In this document: positions 1 through 14,030 of the stretch, piece after piece
How positions within the stretch are numbered: the stretch's first letter is position 1
How the letters are laid out: each line of letters begins with the position of its first letter
Assembly: GCA_965235115.1 (NCBI GenBank)
Contig: OZ249436.1
Span: 4,838,001 to 4,902,000 of the forward strand
DNA from: Laetmonice hystrix
Lineage: Eukaryota
Length of the DNA stretch: 64,000 nucleotides
Direction: 5' to 3'
Notes under the pieces: model-generated
What the model was told of the DNA's origin: nothing
Databases searched by the model: none
What the model saw: the letters and a program-made list of their open reading frames with translations, nothing else
Program-made: the position numbers and the translations under genes

Positions 1-434
1 ATGTGAAGGTTGGTATACCAGGTTGATGTGAAGGTTGGTATACCAGGTTGATGTGAAGGTTGGTATACCAGGTTGATGTGAAGGTTGGTATACCAGGTTG
101 ATGTGAAGGTTGGTATACCAGGTTGATGTGAAGGTTAGTATACCAGGTTGATGTGAAGGTTGGTATACCAGGCTGAATGCTTGATGTGAAGGTTGGTATA
201 CCAGGTTGATGTGAAGGTTAGTATACCAGGTTGATGTGAAGGTTGGTATACCAGGTTGATGTGAAGGTGGGTATACCAGGTTGATGTGAAGGTTGGTATA
301 CCAGGTTGATGTGAAGGTTAGTATACCAGGTTGATGTGAAGGTTGGTATACCAGGTTGATGTGAAGGTTGGTATACCAGGTTGATGTGAAGGTTGGTATA
401 CCAGGTTGATGTGAAGGTTGGTATACCAGGTTGA
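1..434. repeat. 25-bp minisatellite (atgtgaaggttggtataccaggttg), runs off the window start
   Basis: Direct tandem copies. Each unit contains the palindrome tggtatacca. Confidence 0.97.
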
Positions 435-2956
435 ATACTTGATGAGAAGACTCCCAGGGAGCGTGCCAAGATGAGAGCGGTCCCACACGGACAGCCTGTC
501 AGCTGTCGGGTGGTGTAATACCTGCTAGTGAAGGATGGAGGGACGGGTAAAGGGTTAATGAAAACTCCACCCCCAGTAGGTCTCACCATATTTATGTTTT
601 ACCCCCTCCCCTCCACATATCTTACGGTAGCCCGGGGACCTGTATAATAAGAGTGGATTAGAGGCGCCAGTCTCTGCCCCAGTCTCTGCCATGGCGTTTG
701 ATAAATGGATGGCGCTTGTCCTCCCTGGAGACCTACAGTAAATATTATTGGCAGATAAGCGCCACTTCCCAGGTGGGCCGCCTAACTTGGAGAAGTAGCT
801 CTGTGGTAGGGGCAGGCATTTGTCTACATGGTGACCGCTTTTCACATACGTGTGGTCTGTCGATGTTACGTAATAACTCAACTGTGGCCGATCTCTGTTG
901 ACCTGTTTGTCCTTGACCAATAATCATTGCACTCCTTCCCATGCTAGTGTTTAGTCGGGTCAATCCCATTGGTGCGACTCAGTCAGTGCTATTTTCATAT
1001 ACTATAAGGTAATTTGACCTTTACCTGACTCTGTGAACTTTACCCGCTAGCATAGTCAACCATGATAATGTTTGTGATGGTGTGTTTTCTATTTGCATGT
1101 GATTCCTTTTAACCTAAGGGCAGGCTTTCCTGGAGGATTTCACCTTGGGGGGGGGGGGGGGTAGGGGGGGGGGCCCTTAGGGGGTAACCTAGGGTGGAGC
1201 ATTTGAAAAAAGTCAGAAATTTTTTGGGGGAATAACTGGGGGTTTTAAGCCCCCCCCCCCAACAAATGAGCCGGTCTTGGACTGGGGGGGGGGGGGTCAA
1301 AGGTCAAAGGTTTCTCTGATATACGGTGGCCCAAAAGGACATACATATTGTTTAGGAGGTCGGTGGGCAAGGGCCGTCAGTCACTGTACCGCTGACAGGC
1401 ACTGGTCAGCAGGGAGCCATGCGGTGGACCCTGAGTGACCACTGCCCGGTCTCCTCCGCTGACAGCTGGATATCTGCTGGGACCAGCCGCTGGGACCAGC
1501 CGCTGGGAGGACACCAGTCGACGCTGGTCAGTGGAGGCCAGCCGAGAACCACTTAAAATACATTCTCTCCTAGCCCGTGAGGCTTGGCGGCCACCAACGG
1601 CACAGGGGATAGATCTGTGGTCTGGGGGCGAGTTTGATGTGGGGGTCTGGGTTCTGGTTGGTGGTCTGTAGTCTGGATGGGGTGTGGGGGGGTCTGCAGT
1701 CCGGGTCTGGGGTCTGGGTAGGAGTCTGGTGTGAGGGACCATGGGTCAGGGGTCTCTGTAGTCTGGTTGGGGTGTGCGGCCCGGTCTGGTTGGTGGTTTG
1801 CAGTGTGGTCTGGACACAACCACATACTGTCTTCGAAAAGACTTTCAAGAGTTGCTTCATTAAAGTTTCTATCGATTGCCTTGAAATACGACTTGTATTT
1901 CTTCGTCTGGGCCTGCCAAATACACGTATTGATACGTGGAAATTGATTTAACAGCCGGTGCTCTGATCCGATTTCTAAAGGCCACCCAAGTTTTCTCCTG
2001 ACAACTTTTTTTCCATTCCATGTTGAAGAAGTTTTCCCACCAGCCGTTTTTATAAATTCGTAAAAGCTGTCGACACATGACGGGATAATTTGACTTGTGT
2101 TGGTTGTACGACACAGCCACCATGTAGACGCTTGTTACAGATCGTACTGCCAGGATATTATACACAGGGTGATCACAGTACGTGTACATGGAAAACTGGA
2201 AATGGACCCAATAAAAATTCCCTGTGATGGGGGGAAAACACAGGGAAAACTTGACAGCCAGACTAAAATCTGGCAAATGTTTTAGAACATGTGATTGTTG
2301 GATGAAGTGATGGCGAACTCATTCATGACGACTGCCTGGCCACTAAATTGGATGAAAACATCGATTAACAGACATATGGGATGATTGGAAACATTATCAT
2401 GGGGCAGGGAATTGAAAATATAATATATGTGGTCATTCTGTGAACCGTATGAGATCGTATTTCTATATGTGAATTTTCTAACCTTTATCAGTTATATTTG
2501 TCGTACAACAAGCGGCCAAATCAAGAAAGCAAGACGAGACAAAAGGTTTTTTGGATGAGAGTAGTGTATAGAAAGTGCCCTGAGGCACAGGGACCGAGGG
2601 TAGTAGTACATAGCAAGTGGCCTTAGGCTCAGGGCAGATGGCGTCAGCTGGCGATGTAAAGGCGTGTTTAGCCCTGGGTGAGATGGGAGTAGATATTGAA
2701 GGCGTGATAGGCCAGTGAAAACAGTTTCCGTCGCCATTAACCTGAGAGCAACAAAGAGAAAAGTATTATTAGCCAAAGCATTCTGATGGCCGTGCGGGTC
2801 GGCAATAGTTGAGGGTCAGGCAGCCCTGCGTTTGGTGGGTAATCGGTAAATGTTCAGACCGCGCTGGTAGCAGACATTCATTCTGTTTCTATTTCTTTGT
2901 TAATGATATCGTAGTGAATGTCTGTGTGAGTGATGATGGGACTAATGGTGTGTATA

Positions 2957-5070
2957 GGGGGACAGAAGGTAAATCTGGTGTGTTATTATACTGGACGAGT
3001 AGGGGGCAGAAGGTAAATCTGGTGTGTTATTATACTGGACGAGTAGGGGACAGAAGGTAAATCTGGTGTGTTATTACACTGGACGAGTAGGGGACAGAAG
3101 GTAAATCTGGTGTGTTATTATACTGGACGAGTAGGGGACAGAAGGTAAACCTGGTGTGTTATTATACTGGACGAGTATGGGACAGAAGGTAAATCTGGTG
3201 TGTTATTATACTGGACGAGTAGGGGACAGAAAGTAAATCTGGTGTGTTATTATACTGGACGAGTAGGGGACAGAAGGTAAATCTGGTGTGTTATTATACT
3301 GGACGAGTAGAGGACAGAAGGTAAATCTGGTGTGTTATTATACTGGACGAGTAGGGGACAGAAGGTAAATCTGTTGTGTTATTATACTGGACGAGTAGGG
3401 GACAGAAGGTAAATCTGGTGTGTTATTATACCGGACGAGTAGGAGACAGAAGGTAAATCTGGTGTGTTATTATACTGGACGAGTAGGGGACAGAAGATAA
3501 ATCTGGTGTGTTATTATACTGGACGAGTAGAGGACAGAAGGTAAATCTGTTGTGTTATTATACTGGACGAGTAGGGGACAGAAGGTAAATCTGGTGTGTT
3601 ATTATACTGGACGAGTAGGGGACAGAAGGTAAATCTGTTGTGTTATTATACTGGACGAGTAGAGGACAGAAGGTAAATCTGTTGTGTTATTACACTGGAC
3701 GAGTAGAGGACAGAAGGTAAATCTGGTGTGTTATTATACTGGACGAGTAGGGGACAGAAGGTAAATCTGGTGTGTTATTACACTGGACGAGTAGGGGACA
3801 GAAGGTAAATCTGGTGTGTTATTACACTGGACGAGTAGGGGACAGAAGGTAAATCTGGTGTGTTATTACACTGGACGAGTAGGGGACAGAAGGTAAATCT
3901 GGTGTGTTATTATACTGGACGAGTAGGGGACAGAAGGTAAATCTGGTGTGTTATTATACTGGACGAGTAGGGGACAGAAGGTAAATCTGGTGTGTTATTA
4001 TACTGGACGAGTAGAGGACAGAAAGTAAATCTGGTGTGTTATTATACTGGACGAGTAGGGGACAGAAGGTAAATCTGGTGTGTTATTATACTGGACGAGT
4101 AGGGGACAGAAGGTAAATCTGGTGTGTTATTATACTGGACGAGTAGGGGACAGAAGGTAAATCTGGTGTGTTATTATACTGGACGAGTAGGGGACAGAAG
4201 GTAAATCTGGTGTGTTATTATACTGGACGAGTAGGGGACAGAAGGTAAATCTGGTGTGTTATTATACTGGACGAGTAGAGGACAGAAGGTAAATCTGGTG
4301 TGTTATTATACTGGACGAGTAGGGGACAGAAGGTAAATCTGGTGTGTTATTACACTGGACGAGTAGGGGACAGAAGGTAAATCTGGTGTGTTATTATACT
4401 GGACGAGTAGAGGACAGAAGGTAAATCTGGTGTGTTATTATACTGGACGAGTAGGGGACAGAAGGTAAATCTGGTGTGTTATTACACTGGACGAGTAGGG
4501 GACAGAAGGTAAATCTGTTGTGTTATTACACTGGACGAGTAGGGGACAGAAGGTAAATCTGGTGTGTTATTACACTGGACGAGTAGGGGACAGAAGGTAA
4601 ATCTGTTGTGTTATTATACTGGACGAGTAGGGGACAGAAGGTAAATCTGTTGTGTTATTATACTGGACGAGTAGGGGACAGAAGGTAAATCTGGTGTGTT
4701 ATTATACTGGACGAGTAGGGGACAGAAGGTAAATCTGTTGTGTTATTATACTGGACGAGTAGAGGACAGAAGGTAAATCTGTTGTGTTATTATACTGGAC
4801 GAGTAGAGGACAGAAGGTAAATCTGTTGTGTTATTATACTGGACGAGTAGGGGACAGAAGGTAAATCTGGTGTGTTATTATACTGGACGAGTAGGGGACA
4901 GAAGGTAAATCTGTTGTGTTATTATACTGGACGAGTAGGGGACAGAAGGTAAATCTGGTGTGTTAATACACTGGACGAGTAGGGGACAGAAGGTAAATCT
5001 GTTGTGTTATTATACTGGACGAGTAGGAGACAGAAGGTAAATCTGGTGTGTTATTATACTGGACGAGTAG
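2957..5070. repeat. 44-bp minisatellite, about 48 copies
   Basis: Unit ggggacagaaggtaaatctggtgtgttattatactggacgagta. Confidence 0.97.
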
Positions 5071-5634
5071 CTTTTGTTTCGCAGTGATTAGGGTTCGTCC
5101 CCGAACGTATCCAATTACGGGATATATTGGTCTTGTCGTCCACAGAATGAAATCACAACTACCTATTATTGACCGGTGAGGAATCAATTCTGACTACAGA
5201 ATACAGTTCGTGTGGCTACCTCTCTACTGATTGAGAATCAGCACTTGCTATCAGGCAGGTCGATTGGACTACATGGATTTCTATTTCATTAAATTGGGTG
5301 GTAGATGGCGTCATTTTATATGCCATTCGGGTTTTATGGCACCGGGAAATCGAGACGGTCTTTGTATTTTTTGAAGACCTATCTTATGATAGGTCAGTGG
5401 ATCTCATCTCACGGCCTTGAGGCTGGCAAAGAGAAGATCTAGAAGGAGATAAAGTATGTCAGATAAACAGGATTACCAAAGGAATCGTTGCATACGTAAA
5501 TGGCGACATTAAGTGTGGTGTGGTTGTGGAGGGGTGAGTTTGATCGGGCCAGATTAACCCTTGGGTGACAGTGGGACTATGGACGGCCTGAGGACAGCTC
5601 GTGAGATCACCATTAAACGTCTGCCGATCTGTCA

Positions 5635-5925
5635 GCCGGCCGGGCGGGTGGCGGCGGGAGGCCGGGTGGTGGGAGGCGGCGGGAGGCCGGGTGGCAGGCG
5701 GGCGGCGGCAGGAGGCGGGAGGCCGGGTGGCATGCAGGCGGGCGGCGGCAGGAGACGGGAGACGGGGGACGGGAGGCCGGGCGGCGGGCGGGCGGCGGCA
5801 GGAGGCGGGAGACGGGAGGCCGGGCGGCGGGAGACCGGGCGGTGGCAGGCCGGGCGGCGGCAAGAGGCGGGAGGCCGGGTGTCGCGCGGGCGGCAGGAGG
5901 CGGGAGACCGGGAGGCTGGGCGACT
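5635..5925. repeat. GC-rich low-complexity repeat (ggcgggaggccgggcggc)
   Basis: Degenerate G-rich tandem units. Confidence 0.85.
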
Positions 5926-6299
5926 TGACGGCGGCACATCTTGCCGCCCGGGATTACACCTGACAGACGTGAGCCGGGGACACAGGTCATCCTAGAGTGA
6001 AGCTAAAGGTCGCACCACAGTGCTGTTGATCATAGAGGGAGCCACAGGTTGACATGAGTGATATGTCACAGTGCAAGGCGGCTCGGTTTCTCTTGCTCCT
6101 CTCACTGTCCATGATGCCACGGGTCATCTCTCTCAATACAGCAGGGTGAAGTATAGACTCTGGCTTATAGCTTGAATGGCTAGAAGATGACTAGATGTTG
6201 AATCTCACAATTTGAAAATGAGGTGTTTTTTTATTTATTTTTTATTCCAATACAACATTACACAGTGTTGACGGGGGATCAACACAATATTAGCTGTGC

Positions 6300-6437
6300 T
6301 TCCTCCCCCACATACTGTGCCATTAGCCATGTACAGGTAACCCCCCCCCCCCTCCCCCACATACTGTGCCATTGGCCATGTACAGGTAACCCCCGCCTCC
6401 CCCACATACTGTGCCATTGGCCATGTACAGGTAAACC
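6300..6437. repeat. Three copies of a roughly 45-50-bp unit
   Basis: ctcccccacatactgtgccattggccatgtacaggtaa repeated three times. Confidence 0.85.
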
Positions 6438-6709
6438 CGTTGCATAGTTAACCATGACCAGTGTTTTCAGCTGGGGAGGACTTGGGTTAAGGCATGACTT
6501 CAGGCAGAATGAATGTGTTTGCTGAGACCTTCAATTTGTGAGGAAACCAAAGCAAAGCTCCTTACCAGCTCATGTTGGTTATAGCCCATCTTGAGGCTGC
6601 CCACTCGAGCATAGCTCGACCTGCCCTGAAGCCTCATTACGTTTCATGGACGGCGGTTACGGTTGTAAACGAGATCTTAGCGTTTAAAGATTTATTGGCA
6701 CTTTTTACT

Positions 6710-7039
6710 AACGTTATGTGACCTGGGTATACAGAGCTATGAACCAACCCAAGGAGGCTGTTGTAACGTTATGTGACCTGGGTATACAGAGCTATGAACC
6801 AACCCAAGGAGGCTGTTGTAACGTTATGTGACCTGGGTATACAGAGCTATGAACCAACCCAAGGAGGCTGTTGTAGCGTTATGTGACCTGGGTATACAGA
6901 GCTATGAACCAACCCAAGGAGGCTGTTGTAACGTTATGTGACCTGGGTATACAGAGCTATGAACCAACCCAAGGAGGCTGTTGTAACGTTATGTGACCTG
7001 GGTATACAGAGCTATGAACCAACCCAAGGAGGCTGTTGT
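6710..7039. repeat. 55-bp minisatellite, 6 copies
   Basis: Unit aacgttatgtgacctgggtatacagagctatgaaccaacccaaggaggctgttgt. Confidence 0.95.
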
Positions 7040-7062
7040 CTACACCCGACGGTCAGAGGATG

Positions 7063-7192
7063 ACGTCTCTGACGTCACACACAGGGAACGCCGTATGGGC
7101 GGCGTCTCTGACGTCACACAGGGAACGCTGTATGGGCGGCGTCTCTGACGTCACACAGGGAACGCTGTATGGGCGGCTTCTCTGACGTCACA
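7063..7192. repeat. About 37-bp repeat carrying TGACGTCA
   Basis: cgtctctgacgtcacacagggaacgctgtatgggcgg, about 3.5 copies. Confidence 0.9.
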
Positions 7193-7823
7193 CCGCTCGG
7201 TGGCGCCAACGTGATGTAGGAAAGAGAGAATGTAAGAAATAAACGTGCCAACCGAGTCTATAGTCTCCGGGAAAATATCAGCTTGTGTACTACCGAACAT
7301 TATAGTCCTCAAGTGGCTGCGGGCGTTCCTGCCCATATATTTGTCTATATCTGGTTTTCTCCTCGGTCTTCCTCTGTTTTCCCTTTTCTCCGATGCGGTC
7401 CTAGCCAATTTGTGCTTCCCCTTACCTATAGCTGACGTTCACCGTCTCTGCCATTGGCAGGCGGACCCCAGGAAGGCCACAGCCAGCCCTAATGGAGTGG
7501 AAGACTGTAATGAATTGACTTTGCTCAATTGATTGAAGCCAACGGCTCACTGCATGCTGAGCGTTGTCATGCCACACCCCTAGCTGGGATCCGGCGCCGA
7601 AAATCGATGGCCATTCATAATCGGTTGGTGTGGTTATCGGCCAGGATTCATATCGCTGCTACAAAGTGTGATAACAGGAGTGATACTACATGATAGCTCA
7701 GTGATATCTGTCACCAACCTCGAGGATCATCATGGTTTACGTATGGTTGCGTCTTGGAGCGCATCACCAGCAGTAGAAATAAAATAACGGGGAAAACAAA
7801 ATTTTTAAATAATCCAGTACGAC

Positions 7824-8406
7824 GGCTGCGTTCGGATGGGCTGTTCTTGATGTTCCTGAACACTTCAGGAACATGTTTCTGATCATCCAAACAACAAAGA
7901 ACACGCACCTGGAACATGTTCTTCATAGCACCATCCAAACACCGAGAACTATAACCTTACAAAATGGCTGCACCCAGCAATGATGAATTGAACAATTATC
8001 TGGTGATGAATCACTAGTTCTTTCAAAATGTGACAGCGTGATGCCTTTGGTAGTTGTTGTAGGATTTTTAGGGGGGAGACAAGGCCTTTTTGGACCCCTC
8101 TGGATCCGCCACTGTCAACTTTGCAAGCTAGCACCTGTGATCGACCTGTCCAGCGTCGGCAGCTTGGCTTAGCGCAACTGCCGCAAGTTTCACAGCGCCC
8201 AGTTTACCACATAGATCTAGACCTAGGCCTAACTGCTCTTCTTGGTTAGTCGATTACCGGTATCCTATATTATGCCGATTTTGACATGAGAACATTGACG
8301 TTCGGCACTGTTCGGATGAAAAGAACAATGTTCGTATTCGTTCCCCAGTCCATCCGAACAACAAGAACATGTTCGAGTGTCAAGGACAGCCCATCCGAAC
8401 GCAGCC
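7824..8406. mobile_element. MITE with about 27-bp TIRs
   Basis: ggctgcgttcggatgggctgttcttga / tcaaggacagcccatccgaacgcagcc. TSD not evident. Confidence 0.7.
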
Positions 8407-9743
8407 TAGTGTCGACCGTTTTTGATTGTCAGTGTTGTTAATTTTGACAACCAGCTTTTCTCTGCAGTGCTCAGGAAAATGTGTATCGTATTACTCGCAG
8501 ATCATTAGGAACTGAGATTTTGTCTGCGGGAAGGAAATACGCCTCCTTCACTTTCAGAACCTGATATGGATGAAAACCAGAATGGCACCGAGTAAAGAAT
8601 TCTGAAACCTCTTATTGCCAATCTGATCCCTGCCTCTATCTACAGTTTTGTCTTCCTCTGTCTGACTGTCGTATCAGTTGAAACGATGTCGCAGATATCC
8701 ACATTTTCTTTTGTACCGACAGTGAGTTTAGTTAATAGTGATCCGTCACCTGAAAGGCCATGGCATTTTTTTACAAGTGATGCGATGAAGTGTCTAAAGA
8801 AAAATGGAGGTGAATATGCGAGGAAATTCTATGGTGGATTTATTTATCATGTTTGAGGTGGATCAGTTTCCATTGACCGAAACCATATTAAATTTTCGTT
8901 ATATATACGAACGGGTGTACAAAAAGCTACTTCTGAACGACCTTCTGAATTAGGACATGACGGGTCAGCCCACCCAAAATAAGTTATACTCCCCCCCCCC
9001 CCAATAGTTCTGGCTGTATTCTTTTCAAAGTGCCTACCTACGGAGAGCCTACCTTCGAGGACACCTTCAGTGTCTGAATTCTATGGTGGATTTATAACAT
9101 TTGAGGTGGATCTGCAGTTGTGCAGATACAAACACGTAACAAGTTTGTGTATGAGCTCTTATAGTGAAGGACATAAGTTTGTGGGCTGGCCCCTAAATCG
9201 GAAGATCCTTCAGAACTAGCTTCCGTTCGTGAATGGAAACCAGGTTGCAAAATAAAGTCAATATGGTTTCGGCTCATAGAACCTAAAACTTATGGCCCCA
9301 AGGACTTTGGAGCAGGAAAAAACGTAAGCACCTTGCTTGGGTGCTGTTTGGTCAACAGGCCCTTTCCACGTCCTACGTAATTATACATCAGGTGGTCCGA
9401 ACAAATCGATTGCAAGAATATGTTTTTGGTTAGCGGGTGATAACTGGCCTGAAGTCTAGTGGATGTGCTCATTAAATGAGGAACACTGCAAGACAGAAGT
9501 CGTCCATCGTCAAGTGTCAGCGATGTGGAGCAGACGCATTGTTTGTACTGTACCGTCTTGTGAACAACAAATCTGTTATCAATATTTTACTGACAATCAT
9601 TAATGATGTGTTTCCGGTCACAGTCAAGCGGGATACTATTTGCAAATAATTTTTCTTTTTTTATCATTTTCTCAATTTTACATCAGTCAAATTATAATCT
9701 GTCTAAAACTTTCTGAACGCATTCAATAAATCATAGTTGGCAT

Positions 9744-11150
9744 ACCAAACGTAATGATCAGTGGTACGAGAGGCGAGACTGTGGCCAGAATGGTACCACC
9801 AAACGTAACGATCAGTGGTACGAGAGGCGAGACTGTGGCCAGAATGGTACCACCAAACGTAACGATCGGTGGTACGAGAGGCGAGACTGTGGCCAGAATG
9901 GTACCACCAAACGTAACGATCGGTGGTACGAGAGGCGAGACTGTGGCCAGAATGGTACCACCAAACGTAACGATCAGTGGTACGAGAGGCGAGACTGTGG
10001 CCAGAGTGGTACCACCAAACGTAATGATCAGTGGTACGAGAGGCGAGACTGTGGCCAGAATGGTACCACCAAACATAACGATCAGTGGTACGAGAGGCGA
10101 GACTGTGGCCAGAGTGGTACCACCAAACGTAACGATCGGTGGTACGAGAGGCGAGACTGTGGCCAGAATGGTACCACCAAACGTAACGATCGGTGGTACG
10201 AGAGACGAGACTGTGGCCAGAATGGTACCACCAAACGTAACGATCGGTGGTACGAGAGGCGAGACTGGCCAGAATGGTACCACCAAACGTAACGATCGGT
10301 GGTACGAGAGGCGAGACTGTGGCTAGAATGGTACCACCAAACGTAACGATCGGTGGTACGAGAGGTGAGACTGTGGCCAGAATGGTACCACCAAACGTAA
10401 CGATCGGTGGTACGAGAGGCGAGACTGTGGCCAGAATGGTACCACCAAACGTAACGATCGGTGGTACGAGAGGCGAGACTGTGGCCAGAATGGTACCACC
10501 AAACGTAACGATCGGTGGTACGAGAGGCGAGACTGTGGCTAGAATGGTACCACCAAACGTAATGATCGGTGTTACGAGAGGCGAGACTGTGGTCAGAATG
10601 GTACCACCAAACGTAACGATCGGTGGTACGAGAGGCGAGACTGTGGCCAGAATGGTACCACCAAACGTAATGAGCGGTGGTACGAGAGGCGAGACTGTGG
10701 CCAGAATGGTACCACCAAACGTAACGATCGGTGGTACGAGAGGCGAGACTGTGGCCAGAATGGTACCACCAAACGTAACGATCGGTGGTACGAGAGGCGA
10801 GACTGTGGCCAGAATGGTACCACCAAACGTAACGATCGGTGGTACGAGAGGCGAGACTGTGGCCAGAATGGTACCACCAAACGTAACGATCGGTGGTACG
10901 AGAGGCGAGACTGTGGCCAGAATGGTACCACCAAACGTAACAATCGGTGGTACGAGAGGCGAGACTGTGGCCAGAATGGTACCACCAAACGTAACGATCG
11001 GGGTACGAGAGGCGAGACTGTGGCCAGAATGGTACCACCAAACGTAATGATCGGTGGTACGAGAGGCGAGACTGTGGCCAGAATGGTACCACCAAATGTA
11101 ATGATTGGTGGTACGAGAGGCGAGACTGTTGCCAGAATGGTACCACCAAA
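9744..11150. repeat. 54-bp minisatellite, about 26 copies
   Basis: Unit accaaacgtaacgatcggtggtacgagaggcgagactgtggccagaatggtacc. Confidence 0.97.
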
Positions 11151-11774
11151 GGATCTTGTATAGCTGGACCCCATTCGATCCTTAGAAAGGAGCTTTACGA
11201 CATAGTGAAGGACTACCTTGTTAAGAACATGCAGACAAGTGCTTAAGCTCTCCGACAAGATTGTGAGTAAGCACCATGTTAAATGGCTCCACCTAGCGGG
11301 AGCCCCTGGAGAGACGGCACCGCCTTTATTCCAGGTATTCCATGGCTGAACGCTGCGCGACGGTAATGAATGCACATGACTGGAGGACCCATTAGTGTAA
11401 TTGGTCACAAACCGGGGAGCACATCCCATAATGCCGCGGGGAACCCCTGGTGGGCAGGAGACGAACTATGGCAGTGTTTGTCATTGGATTGACAGCGACT
11501 GAGGTTGAAGGTTGCCGGATCTAAGTCTCATTTAACTGGGAGAAGCTCGCTGTGGGAGGGGTATGGGCTGACATTCTAACAGCTATCCGGTGTTTCCTAA
11601 TGTGATTTTATCATTAATCTTGACCCCAAGGAAGAGAGATAGATATCCCACTCTTTGCAGTGTCTTGGAAGAAAAACTGAACGGCGTCTCACTCTCAGTA
11701 AACTGCGTAGCAAAGACAAGACAGTGTCTGTCCCACTTGTCGTGCCCATGTATTTTTCTGTCCCCAGTAATTAG

Positions 11775-12593
11775 TGAAATCTGCAGGTTTAGATCCTGAC
11801 ATAGGGCGTCATCAATCGGTGTAAATGGACTGTTGAAATCTGTGGTATAGATCCTGACATAGGGCATCATCAATCGGTGTAAATGGACTGTTGAAATCTG
11901 TGGTGTAGATCCTGACATAGGGCGTCATCAGTCGGTGTAAATGGACTGTTGAAATCTGTGGTGTAGATCCTGACATAGGGCGTCATCAGTCGGTGTAAAT
12001 GGACTGGTGAAACCTGTGGTATAGATCCTGACATAGGGCGTCATCAGTCGGTGTAAATGGACTGTTGAAATCTGTGGTATAGATCCTGACATAGGGCATC
12101 ATCAATCGGTGTAAATGGACTGTTGAAATCTGTGGTATAGATCCAGACATAGGGCGTCATCAGTCGGTGTAAATGGACTGTTGAAATCTGTGGTATAGAT
12201 CCAGACATAGGGCGTCATCAGTCGGTGTAAATGGACTGTTGAAATCTGTGGTATAGATCCTGACATAGGGCATCATCAATCGGTGTAAATGGACTGTTGA
12301 AATCTGTGGTATAGATCCAGACATAGGGCGTCATCAGTCGGTGTAAATGGACTGTTGAAATCTGTGGTATAGATCCTGACATAGGGCATCATCAATCGGT
12401 GTAAATGGACTGTTGAAATCTGTGGTATAGATCCAGACATAGGGCGTCATCAGTCGGTGTAAATGGACTGTTGAAATCTGTGGTATAGATCCTGACATAG
12501 GGCGTCATCAATCGGTGTAAATGGACTGTTGAAATCTGTGGTGTAGATCCTGACATTGGGCGTCATCAGTCGGTGTAAATGGACTGTTGAAAT
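11775..12593. repeat. 58-bp minisatellite, about 14 copies
   Basis: Unit tgaaatctgtggtatagatcctgacatagggcgtcatcagtcggtgtaaatggactgt. Confidence 0.97.
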
Positions 12594-13406
12594 GGATCTC
12601 CAGCGCTGTGAGTGGGGATTATGAGGGGATTACGGTAATCCTGGTTTGAGAGTGAGGAGTCTACTGCCTGGATGATCAGAAAGCGCGAGGACGTGACATG
12701 ATTACGTAGTGTACTACAGGGTGTATAAAAAAAAAGAGTAATCCGAGTTCAGGGGTAATTACCCCAAGGTTACGTAGTTTGATAATACACATGTGGTTAA
12801 TTAAGACGACTTTTACCGATTATCCTGCCCCCTGGCCTCCCCCATAAAAAAGGTGAAATCCCCCAGGAAACTTTGGGTCCCAGGTCAGTCTGATATGACT
12901 GGGATCCGAATCGTCCATTCTCCCACGTGAGGACAGCAGTGACCTTGCCACTTGCTCTGGGCGACCTTGGGCGCCCATTAGAGCGTTTGTGGATGCTTAG
13001 TCGTGTTCCATGCCTACTGCCCAGTCCGCCGTAAAACTCCATTAACAGATAGAACGAGTTGGGAGTGCCGGTTAGCAATGGAATACTGCTAGCTGGTGGA
13101 TTGAACCAGGGAGGGGGTGGGGGAGGTTTACCTGCCGCCGGCTGGAGGTGGAGTATGACTGGAGGAGTTAGTCTCACAGGAAACCAGCAAGATATCATTG
13201 GAAATTTTGTGAATGACCGTCAAGTAGGAAAACTTGGTCACTTTTGCCACTTTCTTTTTAAACAAAAATGTCCGCAATGTAAGCCTTGACCAGTGTTTAC
13301 AGCAGTCGTAAACATGTACAGTAGAATAATCAGACAAGTCGTAGAGACTGTAAGAGACATGCAGATACTTGGGTGTTTCCAATCATTGTATGATGTCGTC
13401 TGGTTT

Positions 13407-13462
13407 CACACCCACACCCACACCCACACCCACACCCACACCCACACCCACACCCGCACCCA
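13407..13462. repeat. (CACACC)n microsatellite
   Basis: Direct hexamer repeats. Confidence 0.9.
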
Positions 13463-13828
13463 TCCAATCGTAAACCTGGGCCCCAGAGGTACTGGCCGAC
13501 CTGGCCAGTGTTGACGTGTGTCGACAGACAACCCTGACAATACTTTGATCTGGTCAGAATAAACACTATCCGCGAATATAAACCTCACAGCTCACCCATC
13601 TTGTACATACAGACTGTAGGGGCGGTGGACAAACAGACTAAAACCCTTCACAGCTCACAGCCGGTCTGATCATGGCAGAAAACACCCTCCCTTTGATCAT
13701 AATGGACTGGGTGGATGTCTTCTGATGGTGACCAAAACATCCAGCTGAGTACGTTTTGTACTTTGTAAGATAGAGACGGTGATTTTACACAGTGCAAGGA
13801 TTATAGGGTACTTTAAACTGCAAAATGT

Positions 13829-14030
13829 CCTTCTTCTTCTCCTTCTCCTCCTTCTCCGCCACCGCCACCGCCGCCTCCTCTCTCCCTCTCTCCTCCGCCC
13901 TCCTCCCCTCCCTTGTCCTCCCTCCCCGTCCCCCTCCTCCTCCTCCCTCCCCCTCCTCCCTCCCTCCTCCCTCCCCGTCCTCCCTCCTCCCTCCCTCCTC
14001 CCTCCTCTTTCCTTCTCCCTCTTCCTTCTA
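13829..14030. repeat. C/T-rich polypyrimidine low-complexity tract
   Basis: (cct)/(ccct) runs. Confidence 0.9.

Noticed and set aside
2957..5070. CRISPR-like regular arrays (this and the other satellites)
   Set aside because: Head-to-tail units with no unique spacers, no cas genes, and a eukaryotic context.
9723..11429. Repetitive ORFs on both strands
   Set aside because: Products of a 54-bp satellite, broken by frameshifts, with no unique domain.
11775..12593. Minus-strand CTGATGA in the 58-bp satellite as a tandem hammerhead
   Set aside because: No GAAA core on that strand within the unit.
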